From Candidatus Eiseniibacteriota bacterium (GTDB lineage: Bacteria; Eisenbacteria; RBG-16-71-46; SZUA-252), in assembly GCA_005893275.1 (NCBI GenBank), contig VBOW01000018.1, positions 12,184 through 76,183 of the forward strand: a stretch of 64,000 nucleotides of DNA, given 5' to 3'. Shown here in pieces: positions 27,434 through 37,666 of this stretch. Made by a program: the position numbers and the translations under genes. The number at the start of each line of letters is the position of its first letter. Within the stretch, counting starts at the first letter, position 1. Under the pieces are notes generated by a model that was not told the DNA's origin, did not search any database, and was given only the letters and a program-made list of their open reading frames with translations.

Positions 27434-28057
27434 GTGGCCAACGAGCTGCGTCTTGTGAAAAAGCTCGACCTCGCCGAGCTGACCGATGAAGACGTCATGG
27501 AGCGTTGCGCCTTGGGCTCCGAGACCGCGTTCCGCGCGCTCGTCCAGCGGTATCGCTCGCGCATCATGAATCTCGTGTGTCGGTTCATCAACGATCGGGA
27601 CCGCGCCGAGGAGATCAGCCAGGAAGTGTTCCTCCGGGTATTCCGGAACCGCGAGCGCTACCGAAAGAGCGGAAAATTCTCGACTTGGATTTTCACGATC
27701 GCCGTCAATCTGACCAAGAACGAAATCCGTAGCCGCGTCCGGCACAAAGGGACGTTCAGCTTGGATGCGATGGAGGAGGATTCCGGAGGGCAGGGGCTCG
27801 CGTTCCCCGACCTGAAGCCTCTGCCCGACGAGGACCTGCATGCGACCGAAATACGCCGGCGCGTGGCGGAAGCGCTCGAGAAAATCCCCGCGCGGTATCG
27901 CGAGGCCGTGGTGCTGCGCGATATCGAGGGCCTGAGCTACGAAGAAGTGGGAGAGATCCTCCGAATCCCCGGCGGGACGGTGCGGTCGCGCATCAATCGC
28001 GCCCGGCTGATGCTGAAGGAGAGACTCAAGCCACACCTGAATCTGGAGGACGCATGA
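27434..28057 (+). CDS. ECF RNA polymerase sigma factor (SigW/RpoE-like)
   Basis: AEEISQEVFLRV, FSTWIFTIAVN, LSYEEVGEILRIPGGTVRSRINRAR. GGAG SD before GTG 27434. Confidence 0.93.
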   Translation: MANELRLVKKLDLAELTDEDVMERCALGSETAFRALVQRYRSRIMNLVCRFINDRDRAEEISQEVFLRVFRNRERYRKSGKFSTWIFTIAVNLTKNEIRSRVRHKGTFSLDAMEEDSGGQGLAFPDLKPLPDEDLHATEIRRRVAEALEKIPARYREAVVLRDIEGLSYEEVGEILRIPGGTVRSRINRARLMLKERLKPHLNLEDA

Positions 28058-28731
28058 AGTGCCGGTCAGCCGAGTCATTGTTCTCGCCCTACATTGAGGA
28101 CGAGATAAGCCAGGAGGAGCGCCGGGAGCTGGAGGCGCACCTCATGGGGTGTCGTCGGTGCTCGCTCGGAATCCGTGAGGTCCGGGCCGCGATTTCGCTC
28201 ATGGAGGGCCTCCCTCAGGCGGCACCCGGCCCCCATTTCGAGGAGGACGTCTTCGCGCGGATCCGGTCCGGCGAGGGCCTTCGTTTAAGCCCCACGGAGC
28301 TGATCCGAGAGCTGTTCTCCCCGGCCCGGCTGCGCCCCGTCTTCATGACCGGGACCGCCGTGTGCGCCGTGTTCATCGCGGTCATGCTGTCTCCGGTGGG
28401 CCAGGGGGGGCTCCACCCGAAACGCACCCATCCCGGCGTGAGCGTTCGACAGGAGGCCGGTCCGCAGATCCAACCGGGGCCGAGCGCTCCGGCTGCCCCG
28501 GCCGAGCGGGCCACCGCCCCCGCGCATGCCGGCGAGGCTCCCGTGGTTGCGAGCGTGCCGAGCCGCCTCGCGGTGCGCGATTCAATCGTGGACGGCACGG
28601 TCCCGCGTCAACGCTACCTGGATGAGATCATCAACGATAAGTTCTACCTCGAGCGCGGTGGCGAAGGGGAGAACTCCACCGTCGTCCCGGTCAACGAGAC
28701 GCCTGACGACGGCGTGTACATCACGTTCTAA
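28054..28731 (+). CDS. Zinc-finger (ZAS) anti-sigma factor, membrane-anchored
   Basis: MKC...HLMGCRRC (HxxxCxxC), one TM segment, ATGA-coupled to the sigma gene. Confidence 0.85.
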   Translation: MKCRSAESLFSPYIEDEISQEERRELEAHLMGCRRCSLGIREVRAAISLMEGLPQAAPGPHFEEDVFARIRSGEGLRLSPTELIRELFSPARLRPVFMTGTAVCAVFIAVMLSPVGQGGLHPKRTHPGVSVRQEAGPQIQPGPSAPAAPAERATAPAHAGEAPVVASVPSRLAVRDSIVDGTVPRQRYLDEIINDKFYLERGGEGENSTVVPVNETPDDGVYITF

Positions 28732-28762
28732 GCGAAGCGTCTCGGGCCGGAGTGCATCGGCG

Positions 28763-29959
28763 ATGCCTGTGACCCGAATCCGATCGGCACGCGCCTCAGG
28801 GCTCACCGTCTTCACCCTTCTCCTGCTTTTCTGCTCGAACGCGAGCGCGAGCACCGCCACCATTCTCCCTTTCAAGAGCGACGAAGCGACGCTGCTCGTT
28901 GGCGTCGATTCCGCACGCACCAGCGTCGTGACCATGGTCGCGATGCCCGCGCCTGATTCGAGGCCGAGAACGGCCCCCGTGCGGCGCCTCATCGGCACGG
29001 GGGTCGTTCTGGGGCCGCACCGGCTCCTCACGACGGCGAGCATGGCGATCTCCCGGGGGACCTTCACCGTGCACCTGGGCGACGGCGACCGGCGCGGTGC
29101 GCAGATCCGAGGCGTGGATCGACAATCGAACGTCGCCCTTTTCGCGGTGGACGGTCCGCCGCTTCAGCCGCTCCGGCAAGCTTCTCCCCAATCGCTCGCG
29201 ATCGGCTCCTGGGTGGCGGTCATCTCCAACGTGAGCGTCACACAGCCCCAGATCACGTTGGGGCACGTCGTGGGCCGGGGCGAGCGCATCGATTTCCCCT
29301 ATTCCGGCGATATCGCCGAGATCGAGGCCTCGACATACCCAGGAGCGAGCGGGGGCGCCGTTCTGAACGAAGCGGGAGAGTGGGTCGCGATCGTCGTCGG
29401 ACGCGCGGGACCCGCTCCGGTCCGCTCTTCGGCGTCCTCCGTGGTGGAACCCGACGGCGCGGACCGGAAGCAATCGACCGATCTCCTGATCGCGCTCCCC
29501 GTCGATCAGCTGCTGCGAATCGCAGATGATCTCGAAGAATACGGGAGCGTGCGGCGCGCGTTCCTGGGAATCCAGATGCGGCGCGGACTCCTCGCGGACA
29601 CCCTCGGCGTGCTTGTGGAAGGTGTCGTGCCGCGAAGCCCCGCCGAGCTGGCGGGTCTCAAGGCGGGAGACCGGATCCTGGCGTTCGAAGGGTCGGTCAT
29701 CCACTCGGGGGAGGAAATCACCTCGCTCGTGCGCTCGCTCCGGCCCGGCGATGAAATCGAGATGACCGTCTCGCGCGGCGCGGATATCTTTCCGATGCAC
29801 GCGACTCTCGACGCCGCGGTGGGCGCGCCCGCCGCGCCGCCTCCGCCGAGCCGTGCCGCGGAGCTGGGACGTCTCAAGCGCTCGCTTCGAAAGCTCGAGG
29901 CGGAGACTCAAAAGATCGAGGAGCAGATCAAGGCGCTCGAGTCCTCCCCGGCGCGCTAG
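28763..29959 (+). CDS. HtrA/DegS-like trypsin-PDZ protein with degenerate active site and C-terminal coiled coil
   Basis: Signal peptide, GTGVV, PGASGGAVLNEAGE, RAFLGI, SPAELAGLKAGDRI (PDZ). Confidence 0.8.
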   Translation: MPVTRIRSARASGLTVFTLLLLFCSNASASTATILPFKSDEATLLVGVDSARTSVVTMVAMPAPDSRPRTAPVRRLIGTGVVLGPHRLLTTASMAISRGTFTVHLGDGDRRGAQIRGVDRQSNVALFAVDGPPLQPLRQASPQSLAIGSWVAVISNVSVTQPQITLGHVVGRGERIDFPYSGDIAEIEASTYPGASGGAVLNEAGEWVAIVVGRAGPAPVRSSASSVVEPDGADRKQSTDLLIALPVDQLLRIADDLEEYGSVRRAFLGIQMRRGLLADTLGVLVEGVVPRSPAELAGLKAGDRILAFEGSVIHSGEEITSLVRSLRPGDEIEMTVSRGADIFPMHATLDAAVGAPAAPPPPSRAAELGRLKRSLRKLEAETQKIEEQIKALESSPAR

Positions 29960-30037
29960 CCCGGCGCCAACCGGACGGACCCCGGGCGCTAGTCCCTCCC
30001 TCCACCGTGTGGTAGCCTGCGCACCGCCATGGGGCGC

Positions 30038-30994
30038 ATGACAAGAGCTTCTGTCCTTTTCCTGTTCGCGGTCGCCGCCGCGGGTTGCGGCGGCCGTCCC
30101 TTCGCGGAAGGAAGCAGCCGCGAGCTCACGATCGTGACCGCGCTCCCCGCCGACTCCCCCGAGATCCTGCTCCTGCGCGCCGTCGTGGAGCGTCTCGCGA
30201 TCAGGATCGAAGACGAGTCCGCTTACGACGTGCACCTGGCCACCGCGGACGATCCGGGCGTGTACCGCGCACGAACGGTGCTTTTCGTCGGGTTCGGACC
30301 CGCGGAGAGGATTCCCCGGGAGCTCGAGCCCCTGAAGGGGTCGCTCGCGTCGGCTCGCGAGCCGTTCGTATTTTCTCCCGACGTCTGGCTCCGCGGGCAG
30401 GCGGCGGGTATCTTCTGGACGGAAACGCGCGGCGATCTTCTGCCGGCGCTCCAGCGATATCAGAACCGCCTCTTCGAGGAGCTCGACCGCGCCACGTTCT
30501 CCACGGTGCGCGCCCGGCTCCTCGCTCTCCCCCGCGATCATGATGCCGAGAAGAGCCTCCGAAGGCTCGCGGGATTCGGCTTGCGCGTCCCGCGCGGATA
30601 CGCGGTTCGGATTCATCCCGGCACGAAGGCCGCGCTTCTCCTGAATGAGGGCCCGCCCGCGCGGCTCTTGCGCATCATGCCGGTGGGAGCGGCACGCGGC
30701 CCGGATCTGCGGAGCATGCGCGCCGCGCTCGCCCGCGCGTTCCGGCCCAACGAGCGCACGCTCGACCTGATCGACCCGACCCTCACGCCCGGCGAGCTCG
30801 CGGGCGCGGTCCGGCAGATCCACGGCCGCTGGGAAGACGGGGAGGTGAGCGCCGCCGGACCGTATCGCTTCTACGAAGTCGCACGGCAGGGGAGACGGTT
30901 CTACGTGGACCTCGCCGTCTTCGCTCCGGGGAGGCCCAAGCTTCCTTACCTCCGCGAGCTCCAGGCGATCGCGGAGACGCTGACCGCCCGATGA
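30038..30994 (+). CDS. Lipoprotein, DUF4837-like
   Basis: Lipobox AAAGC; GRWE....AAGPY and FAPGRPKLPYLRELQAIAET resemble DUF4837. Confidence 0.6.
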   Translation: MTRASVLFLFAVAAAGCGGRPFAEGSSRELTIVTALPADSPEILLLRAVVERLAIRIEDESAYDVHLATADDPGVYRARTVLFVGFGPAERIPRELEPLKGSLASAREPFVFSPDVWLRGQAAGIFWTETRGDLLPALQRYQNRLFEELDRATFSTVRARLLALPRDHDAEKSLRRLAGFGLRVPRGYAVRIHPGTKAALLLNEGPPARLLRIMPVGAARGPDLRSMRAALARAFRPNERTLDLIDPTLTPGELAGAVRQIHGRWEDGEVSAAGPYRFYEVARQGRRFYVDLAVFAPGRPKLPYLRELQAIAETLTAR

Positions 30995-32067
30995 TCTCGG
31001 TATCGGTCCCGCGCGGGAGAATCCGCTATTCGATCCAGGTCGCACCGGGCCTTCTCGGTCGCGCCGGCGAGGCGATGCTCCGAGTATGCGACCCGGGAAA
31101 GCTGCTCGTGGTCACCGACCGGACCGTTGCGCGGCTTTACGGCGCGCGGCTTCTTTCGAGCCTTCGTCGCGCCGGATTTACGCCGCGGGCGATCGCGCTG
31201 CCGCCGGGGGAACACACGAAGACGATCGCCAACGTTCGGCGCCTCTGCGAGCGCTGGGCGCGGTGGCGCGTGGACCGGTCGGTCCCGGTCTTGGCGCTCG
31301 GCGGAGGGGTGGTGTCCGATACGGCCGGCTTCGCGGCCGCGGCCTACGCGCGGGGGCTCGACTGGGTCGTCTTTCCGACGACGCTTCTCGCGCAGGCCGA
31401 CGCAGGGATCGGCGGAAAGGTGGGGGTCAATCTCCCCGAGGGAAAAAATCTCCTCGGCGCCTTCCATCATCCGCGAGGGGTCTTCTGCGATCCCGAAGCG
31501 CTCCGGACGCTCTCTCCTCGCGCCTTCCGATCAGGGTTGGCCGAAATCGTGAAAATCGGCGTCATCCGACGCCCCGCGATCCTAGCGAGCCTGCGCCGCC
31601 TCGGGGGGGATCGCGCGCGCGTCACGGGGCTGATCCGCGCCGCGGCGAGAGAGAAGGCGTGGTATGTCTCTCGTGATCCGGCAGATCGAGGGATTCGGCA
31701 GCACTTGAACTTCGGCCACACCGTGGGGCACGCGCTCGAAGCCTCGTACGGATACCGTCGATTCACCCACGGCGAGGCGGTCTCGATCGGAATGGTCGCG
31801 GCATCGAGGCTGAGCGTCCGCGTGGCGGGCCTCGACCCGCGCTCGGCGGTGGAGATCGAGGATCTGCTGCGATTGCTCGGTCTTCCGGTGAGGCTCAGCC
31901 GTTCGCCGCGGGCGGCCTTTTGGAGCGCGCTGGGAAAGGACAAGAAGCGTGGACGGACGTCTCTTCGAATGGTATTGTCGCCCGCGATTGGAGCAGCTAA
32001 GACCTATGAACTACACTCGCTTACCCCGCTCCGCGAGGTAATCTCGAGCCTCGTCCAGAAACCCTGA
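30991..32067 (+). CDS. aroB: 3-dehydroquinate synthase
   Basis: GEHTKT, ALGGGVVSD, PTTLLAQADAGIGGKVGVN, LNFGHTVGHALE, HGEAV. Confidence 0.93.
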   Translation: MISVSVPRGRIRYSIQVAPGLLGRAGEAMLRVCDPGKLLVVTDRTVARLYGARLLSSLRRAGFTPRAIALPPGEHTKTIANVRRLCERWARWRVDRSVPVLALGGGVVSDTAGFAAAAYARGLDWVVFPTTLLAQADAGIGGKVGVNLPEGKNLLGAFHHPRGVFCDPEALRTLSPRAFRSGLAEIVKIGVIRRPAILASLRRLGGDRARVTGLIRAAAREKAWYVSRDPADRGIRQHLNFGHTVGHALEASYGYRRFTHGEAVSIGMVAASRLSVRVAGLDPRSAVEIEDLLRLLGLPVRLSRSPRAAFWSALGKDKKRGRTSLRMVLSPAIGAAKTYELHSLTPLREVISSLVQKP

Positions 32068-32074
32068 GAGGCTT

Positions 32075-32992
32075 ATGTCCGAGGACGCACGCTACGATTC
32101 AATCGCGCTGCTCGAACGCATCGCGACCCAGGATCCGTCATCGCCGCTTTATCTTCCGCTCGCCGAGCGCATGCGCGAGCAGGGCAGAGTCGAGGAGGCG
32201 ATCCGGCTCTGCGAGGAGCGCCGCGGCCGCCCCGGTGAAGGCGTCGGGGACCGCATCGTCTTGGGCCGTTGTTACCTCGCGGGGGGCCGTCTGCCCGAGG
32301 CACGCGCCCAATTCGAGAGCGCGGTCCGGCTGGACCGGGAGAACGTCGTCGCGCTCAAGGCGCTGGCGGGGATCCTCTCCCACGAGGGAAATCACGCCTC
32401 CGCTTCGGATTTCTATCGCGCGGTCTGCCGAATCGATCCCGGCGATCTCGAATCTCAAACGGCCCTTCATCAGATCACGTCGGGAGAGTTTCCCGAGGTG
32501 CGCCCTCCGGATCTGGTTGTTGCCCAAGGGGAGCTCACGTGGCAGCCGGTGCAGCCGCCCCGCGAAGAGGAATACCTGGGCGAGATCTCGCTGGGCCTCC
32601 ACACGATCGAGTCCTTCGACTCCGAATCGCCGCGGCCCTACGAGGTCAAGGTGCAGGATTTCCAGGAGATGGAGCTCGAACGCTTCGGGGTCGACCGCTC
32701 AACCGCACCCGAGGCGCGAGGCGACGTAGCGGTCGCCCCGCCCGAGCCCGTTGATGCCGCGGTCGCCCGTGACGAGCCCGCTCGCGCCGAGGTTCCGCCG
32801 GCCGAGCCCGCCCGCGCCGCGGCTCCCCAGGTGGAGGCCGAACGCGCTTCAGACCCCGCGCCTGTGTCCGACTGGACCGAGCTCCCTCGCAGCCCGATGC
32901 CCGTCGCGGAGCCCTTCAAGCCCCCGAGGACGCAGCAGAACAAATCGGCCTTCGAAACATGGGTGAGAAGGCTCAAGGGTGGAGCGGGCTGA
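32075..32992 (+). CDS. Cytoplasmic TPR protein with acidic/Pro-rich linker
   Basis: N-terminal TPRs (DPSSPLYLPLAE, LGRCYL, VRLDRENVVALKALA); short C-terminal helix FETWVRRLKG. Confidence 0.7.
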   Translation: MSEDARYDSIALLERIATQDPSSPLYLPLAERMREQGRVEEAIRLCEERRGRPGEGVGDRIVLGRCYLAGGRLPEARAQFESAVRLDRENVVALKALAGILSHEGNHASASDFYRAVCRIDPGDLESQTALHQITSGEFPEVRPPDLVVAQGELTWQPVQPPREEEYLGEISLGLHTIESFDSESPRPYEVKVQDFQEMELERFGVDRSTAPEARGDVAVAPPEPVDAAVARDEPARAEVPPAEPARAAAPQVEAERASDPAPVSDWTELPRSPMPVAEPFKPPRTQQNKSAFETWVRRLKGGAG

Positions 32993-33456
32993 TGCCGCGG
33001 ACCGTATGGGTATTGCACGGTCCGAACATGGACCTCCTGGGCTCCCGCGAGCCCGAGCTCTACGGTCGCGAGACGCTCCAATCGATCGACCGGAGGCTGA
33101 GGAAGCTCGGAGAGGACCTCGGGCTCGGCGTGGAGTGTTTTCAGACCAATCACGAGGGGGCGCTCATCGACCGCCTGACCGTGGCGATGAGCGCCGCCCA
33201 GGGTTGCGTCATCAACCCCGGGGGCCTCTCGCACACAAGCGTGGCCCTCGCGGACACGATACGTGCGATGACGATTCCGGTGGTCGAGGTGCATCTCACG
33301 AACCTTTACGCGCGCGAACCCGCGCGCGCCTCCAGCCTGACCGGGGCGCACGCCTCGGGCGTGATCATGGGTTTCGGGGCACGGAGCTACGAGCTGGGGC
33401 TTCGCGAGCTGGCCTCGCGGCTCAAGCCGTCCGGAACACGCGGGAGATCCCGGTGA
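32992..33456 (+). CDS. aroQ: Type II 3-dehydroquinate dehydratase
   Basis: LHGPNMDLLGSREPELYG, QTNHEG, INPGGLSHTS, EVHLTN. Confidence 0.93.
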   Translation: MPRTVWVLHGPNMDLLGSREPELYGRETLQSIDRRLRKLGEDLGLGVECFQTNHEGALIDRLTVAMSAAQGCVINPGGLSHTSVALADTIRAMTIPVVEVHLTNLYAREPARASSLTGAHASGVIMGFGARSYELGLRELASRLKPSGTRGRSR

Positions 33457-33896
33457 ATCTCCGCAAACGGATCCGCGAGCTGGTCGCGGTCATGCGCGAG
33501 GAGGAACTCGCCGAAATCGAGGTGCGCCGCTGGTTCACGACGGTGCGCGTGCGCCGGCCGGGTGCCGACACCGCGATGCCGGTCCAGGCGGTGGCCCCGG
33601 CGGAAGCGGCCGAGCGCCGCGATGGGGACGAGAAGCAGCTGAGGGATCTGGTCCCGATCAAGTCGCCGATGGTGGGCACCTTTTATCGCGCGCCCGCTCC
33701 CGATGCCGATCCCTACGTCGAGGAAAACAGCTCGATCACCGTCGGGCAGACGGTGTGCATTGTCGAAGCGATGAAGCTCATGAACGAGATCGAATCCGAA
33801 GTTGGCGGACGAATCGCTCGGATCCTCGTTGAAAACGCGCAGCCCGTGGAGTACGGGCAGACGCTGTTCCTGGTGGAGGCCGACACCGCGGCGTAG
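33453..33896 (+). CDS. accB: Biotin carboxyl carrier protein
   Basis: SPMVGTFYRAP, EAMKLMNEI, VEYGQTLF. Confidence 0.96.
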   Translation: MNLRKRIRELVAVMREEELAEIEVRRWFTTVRVRRPGADTAMPVQAVAPAEAAERRDGDEKQLRDLVPIKSPMVGTFYRAPAPDADPYVEENSSITVGQTVCIVEAMKLMNEIESEVGGRIARILVENAQPVEYGQTLFLVEADTAA

Positions 33897-33917
33897 CCTG
33901 CCCGGGGGGGAGTGGGG

Positions 33918-35036
33918 ATGAACATCAAGCGAGTGTTGCAGAAGATGGTGGAGCTCAAGGCGTCCGACCTTCACGTCAAGGTCGGCGCGAAGCCCACCGT
34001 GCGGGTGGACGGCAGCCTGGTCACGCTCGACGAGGCGGCTCCGTCTCAAGCGGATCTCGAGGCGATCGTCGATCAGATCCTGACACCGAAGCAGAAGAAG
34101 ATATTCGAAGAGACGAAAGAGGTCGACTTTGCTTTCGGGGTGACCGGCCTTTCGCGTTTCCGGACCAACTTCTACCAGCAGCGTGGGACCATCGCGATGG
34201 TCTACCGGCAGGTGCCGGCCACGATCCCAGCCTTCGAAGAGCTGAATCTTCCGACCGTGATCGAGGAGATCTCGACCCGTCCGCGCGGGCTCGTGCTCGT
34301 GTGTGGCACGGTCGGGAGCGGTAAATCCACCACGCTCGCCGCGATGATCGACTCGGTGAACCGGACCTCGGCGCGAAACGTGATCACGATCGAAGACCCC
34401 GTCGAGTTCCTCTACCGGGACAAGAAGAGCACCATCTCCCAGCGCGAAGTCGGACTCGATACCGCCTCCTTCGCCGAGGGCCTGAAGCACATCTTGCGGC
34501 AGGATCCCGACGTGATTCTGATCGGCGAGATCCGCGACGCGGAGACGATGGGGACGGCGCTCATGGCCGCCGACACGGGCCACCTCGTGCTCTCCACCCT
34601 CCACACCACCGATGCGTCGCAGACGATCAACCGGATTCTTTCGTTCTTCCCGCCGCACCAGCACGAGGAGACCCGGTACATGCTCTCCTCCACGCTTCAG
34701 GCGGTCATCGCGCTCAGGCTCATGCCTCGGTCCGATCAGACGGGACGGATTCCCGCGGCGGAAGTCATGACGGTCACGGCCACGATCCGCGAGTACCTCC
34801 TCGATCCGGAGAAGACTTCGCTCATCAAGGGCGCGATCCAGGAGGGCGTCTCCCAGTACGGGATGCAGACCTTCGACCAGGCCATCATGAAGCATCACAC
34901 GGAGGGGAAAATCAGTCTCGAGACGGCCCTCCGATACTGCTCCAATCCCACCGAGTTCGAGCTCCGCGTGAAAGGCATCCACGCGACGTCGGACGAGTCC
35001 TGGAAACCGTTCGAGCACAAAGAGAATCTCGTCTAG
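33918..35036 (+). CDS. PilT/PilU-family type IV pilus retraction ATPase
   Basis: [52 protein letters not shown]. Lacks the AIRNLIRE motif. Confidence 0.93.
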   Translation: MNIKRVLQKMVELKASDLHVKVGAKPTVRVDGSLVTLDEAAPSQADLEAIVDQILTPKQKKIFEETKEVDFAFGVTGLSRFRTNFYQQRGTIAMVYRQVPATIPAFEELNLPTVIEEISTRPRGLVLVCGTVGSGKSTTLAAMIDSVNRTSARNVITIEDPVEFLYRDKKSTISQREVGLDTASFAEGLKHILRQDPDVILIGEIRDAETMGTALMAADTGHLVLSTLHTTDASQTINRILSFFPPHQHEETRYMLSSTLQAVIALRLMPRSDQTGRIPAAEVMTVTATIREYLLDPEKTSLIKGAIQEGVSQYGMQTFDQAIMKHHTEGKISLETALRYCSNPTEFELRVKGIHATSDESWKPFEHKENLV

Positions 35037-35040
35037 CGGA

Positions 35041-36399
35041 ATGTTCAAGAAAATCCTGGTTGCCAACCGCGGAGAGATCGCGTTGCGGATCATCCGCGCG
35101 GCCCGGGAGCTCGGGGTCGAGACCGTCGCTGTCTATTCCGAGGCGGACCGGGATTCGCTGCACGTCCGCCTGGCGGATGAAGCGGTTTGTATCGGGCCGC
35201 CCCCCTCGTCCGCGAGCTATCTCCACATCGCGCGGATCATCAGCGCCGCCGAGATCACGGCTGTCGAGGCGATCCACCCGGGCTACGGCTTCCTTTCCGA
35301 GAACGCCCATTTCGCCGAGGTGTGCGAGTCGTGCCACATCCGCTTCATCGGGCCGACCTCGGAGATGATCCGGCTGATGGGAGACAAGGCGGCCGCGCGG
35401 AGGACCATGCTCCGAGCCGGCGTGCCGGTGACGCCGGGAAGCGAGGGAACGCTCGAGTCCCCGGACGAAGCGGCCAAGGTCGCGTCCCGCCTCGGCTACC
35501 CCGTGATCATCAAGGCGGCGGCGGGGGGAGGGGGCAAAGGGATGCGGATCGCCACCGATGAGTCGTCGTTGCGCCACGGGATCCGGACCGCGCAGGCGGA
35601 AGCGGAGGCCAGCTTCGGGAGCGGGGCGGTCTACCTCGAGCGGTACATCGAGAAGCCGCGCCACATCGAGTTTCAGATCATCGGGGACCGGCACGGGAAT
35701 CTGCTGCACCTGGGCGAGCGCGAGTGCTCGATCCAGCGACGGCACCAGAAGCTGATCGAGGAGTCGCCCAGCGTAGCGCTCGACGACGACCTGCGCACGA
35801 AGATGGGCTCCGCGGCGGTCGCGGGAGCGCGATCGATCGGGTACGAAGGCTGCGGCACGATGGAGTTCCTCCTCGGCGAGAACCGGGAGTTCTACTTCAT
35901 GGAGATGAATACCCGGATCCAGGTCGAGCATCCGGTCACCGAGGAGGTAACCGGATACGACCTCATCAAGGCGCAGATCGCGGTGGCGGCCGGAGAGCCG
36001 TTGCCGTGGCGGCAAGAGGAAGTCCGGCTTCGGGGACACGCTCTGGAATGCCGCGTGAACGCGGAGAAGCCGGACAAGAATTTTCAGCCCTCGCCCGGAA
36101 AGGTGAGCTATTTCCACGCTCCCGGCGGGCACGGCGTGCGCGTGGACAGCCATCTCTATTCCGGATATTACGTGCCTCCCCACTACGATTCGATGGTCGC
36201 GAAGATCATCACCTGGGGGCGCGACCGCATGGAATCCGTCGTTCGGATGCGCCGGGCTCTCGAGGAGACGGTGATCGAAGGAATCGATACCACGATTCCC
36301 CTTCATCTCCGCATTCTCAAGAGCCAAGGCTTCTTGAGCGGGGACATCCACACCGGAACCCTCGAGGAGATGCTGGGTATGGAGCAGCCGGCGAAATGA
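35041..36399 (+). CDS. accC: Biotin carboxylase
   Basis: [51 protein letters not shown]. Confidence 0.97.
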   Translation: MFKKILVANRGEIALRIIRAARELGVETVAVYSEADRDSLHVRLADEAVCIGPPPSSASYLHIARIISAAEITAVEAIHPGYGFLSENAHFAEVCESCHIRFIGPTSEMIRLMGDKAAARRTMLRAGVPVTPGSEGTLESPDEAAKVASRLGYPVIIKAAAGGGGKGMRIATDESSLRHGIRTAQAEAEASFGSGAVYLERYIEKPRHIEFQIIGDRHGNLLHLGERECSIQRRHQKLIEESPSVALDDDLRTKMGSAAVAGARSIGYEGCGTMEFLLGENREFYFMEMNTRIQVEHPVTEEVTGYDLIKAQIAVAAGEPLPWRQEEVRLRGHALECRVNAEKPDKNFQPSPGKVSYFHAPGGHGVRVDSHLYSGYYVPPHYDSMVAKIITWGRDRMESVVRMRRALEETVIEGIDTTIPLHLRILKSQGFLSGDIHTGTLEEMLGMEQPAK

Positions 36400-37139
36400 A
36401 GCGCATCGAGCTCTGTCTCTTGCCCTCCGAGCTGGAACGCGCTTCGCTCGACGCACAGGTCGTGCTCGTCGACGTTCTGCGCTCGTGCACCAGCATCGCG
36501 ACCGCGCTCATGAACGGAGCGGCGAAGATCATCCCCGTGAAGACGGTCGAGGAGGCGACGCGGCTTCACGAAACGCTGGATCCCAAATCGACCCTCCTTT
36601 GCGGCGAGCGGGAGGGGCGCAAGGTCGGCGGCTTCGCGCTTGGAAACTCACCGCGCGAGTTCACGCGCGAGAACGTGAACGGCGCGACGCTCATCTTCGC
36701 CTCGACCAACGCGAGCCCGTTGATGGCGGGCCCCCTGGGGGGGAGGGACCAGGTTCTCCTCGGTTACGTGAACCTGGGCGCCGTCCTTACGGCGGTTTCC
36801 GGGGTGGATGCCGACGTGACCATCGTCTGCGCGGGGCGTAACGGGCGGTTCTCCCTGGAAGATGCGGCGTGCGCCGGGGCCCTGATCCGTCGGCTCGCGG
36901 ACGCGAGGGGGAACCTCGAGCTGAACGACGCGGCCACCGTCGCGTGCGATTTCGACCGGGAACACGGCTGGTCGCCGGAGTCCATCCTGCGTCGAAGCGA
37001 GCACGGGCGCTACCTCATCGAGCTTGGTTTCGAGGAGGATATCCCGGTCTGCGCGGCGGTCGACAGCGTCCCGGTCGTGCCACAGCTCAGAAAGGGGCGT
37101 ATCACGGCTTCCGCGCCCGCGGTGGCGGAGAAGCGGTAG
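36396..37139 (+). CDS. comB: 2-phosphosulfolactate phosphatase family protein
   Basis: [36 protein letters not shown]. Confidence 0.85.
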   Translation: MKRIELCLLPSELERASLDAQVVLVDVLRSCTSIATALMNGAAKIIPVKTVEEATRLHETLDPKSTLLCGEREGRKVGGFALGNSPREFTRENVNGATLIFASTNASPLMAGPLGGRDQVLLGYVNLGAVLTAVSGVDADVTIVCAGRNGRFSLEDAACAGALIRRLADARGNLELNDAATVACDFDREHGWSPESILRRSEHGRYLIELGFEEDIPVCAAVDSVPVVPQLRKGRITASAPAVAEKR

Positions 37140-37256
37140 CACCGCCGCGTCCGTATGACGCCGTGGAGCCCGGGTCCGGGTGTTCAGGATTTTCCTCTCC
37201 GCCCGATCCCGGGCGGGCGTGGGCTCTTCCTGACCGCCGGACGGGAGCAGCGGCCG

Positions 37257-37643
37257 ATGCGTTCCCACCCACGCCGCACCCCGCTCGCGGCAACGCTCGC
37301 CGCCTTCGCGCTCGTCGCTTCGAGCTGCTCCACCTGGCACTCGATCGGCAAGGACCGCCCTGCCGAGTTCATCGCGCGTGAGAAACCCAGCGCCGTGCGG
37401 GTCTCATTCGCGGACTCCATGCTGGTCCTGATTGGCCCCGCCCTCCAGGGTGATACCCTCCTCGGGCTCGCGAAAGGCGATCCGTCTCGGCATGTCGGGA
37501 TTCCTCTATCCGAGATTCGCAGGCTTGATGTGCGAACGCTGCGTGGGTCCACGGCCGGAAAAGTGATCGTGGGAACCTTCTGGGCCACCGGCCTCGCGCT
37601 GGCCATCTATAGCCTGTTCCATCACGATCCACCCATCCCATGA
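37257..37643 (+). CDS. Hypothetical lipoprotein
   Basis: MRSHPRR...AFALVASSC lipobox; C-terminal hydrophobic segment. Confidence 0.55.
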   Translation: MRSHPRRTPLAATLAAFALVASSCSTWHSIGKDRPAEFIAREKPSAVRVSFADSMLVLIGPALQGDTLLGLAKGDPSRHVGIPLSEIRRLDVRTLRGSTAGKVIVGTFWATGLALAIYSLFHHDPPIP

Positions 37644-37666
37644 ACCGAGAATGCTCGCCGCGCCGC

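Noticed and set aside
28796..31045. Long antisense ORFs (749 aa here; also 48708-50945, 44322-46376, 42315-44267, 18707-20476, 33387-35093)
   Set aside because: They mirror well-supported + strand genes, carry no motifs, and are expected from high-GC codon bias.
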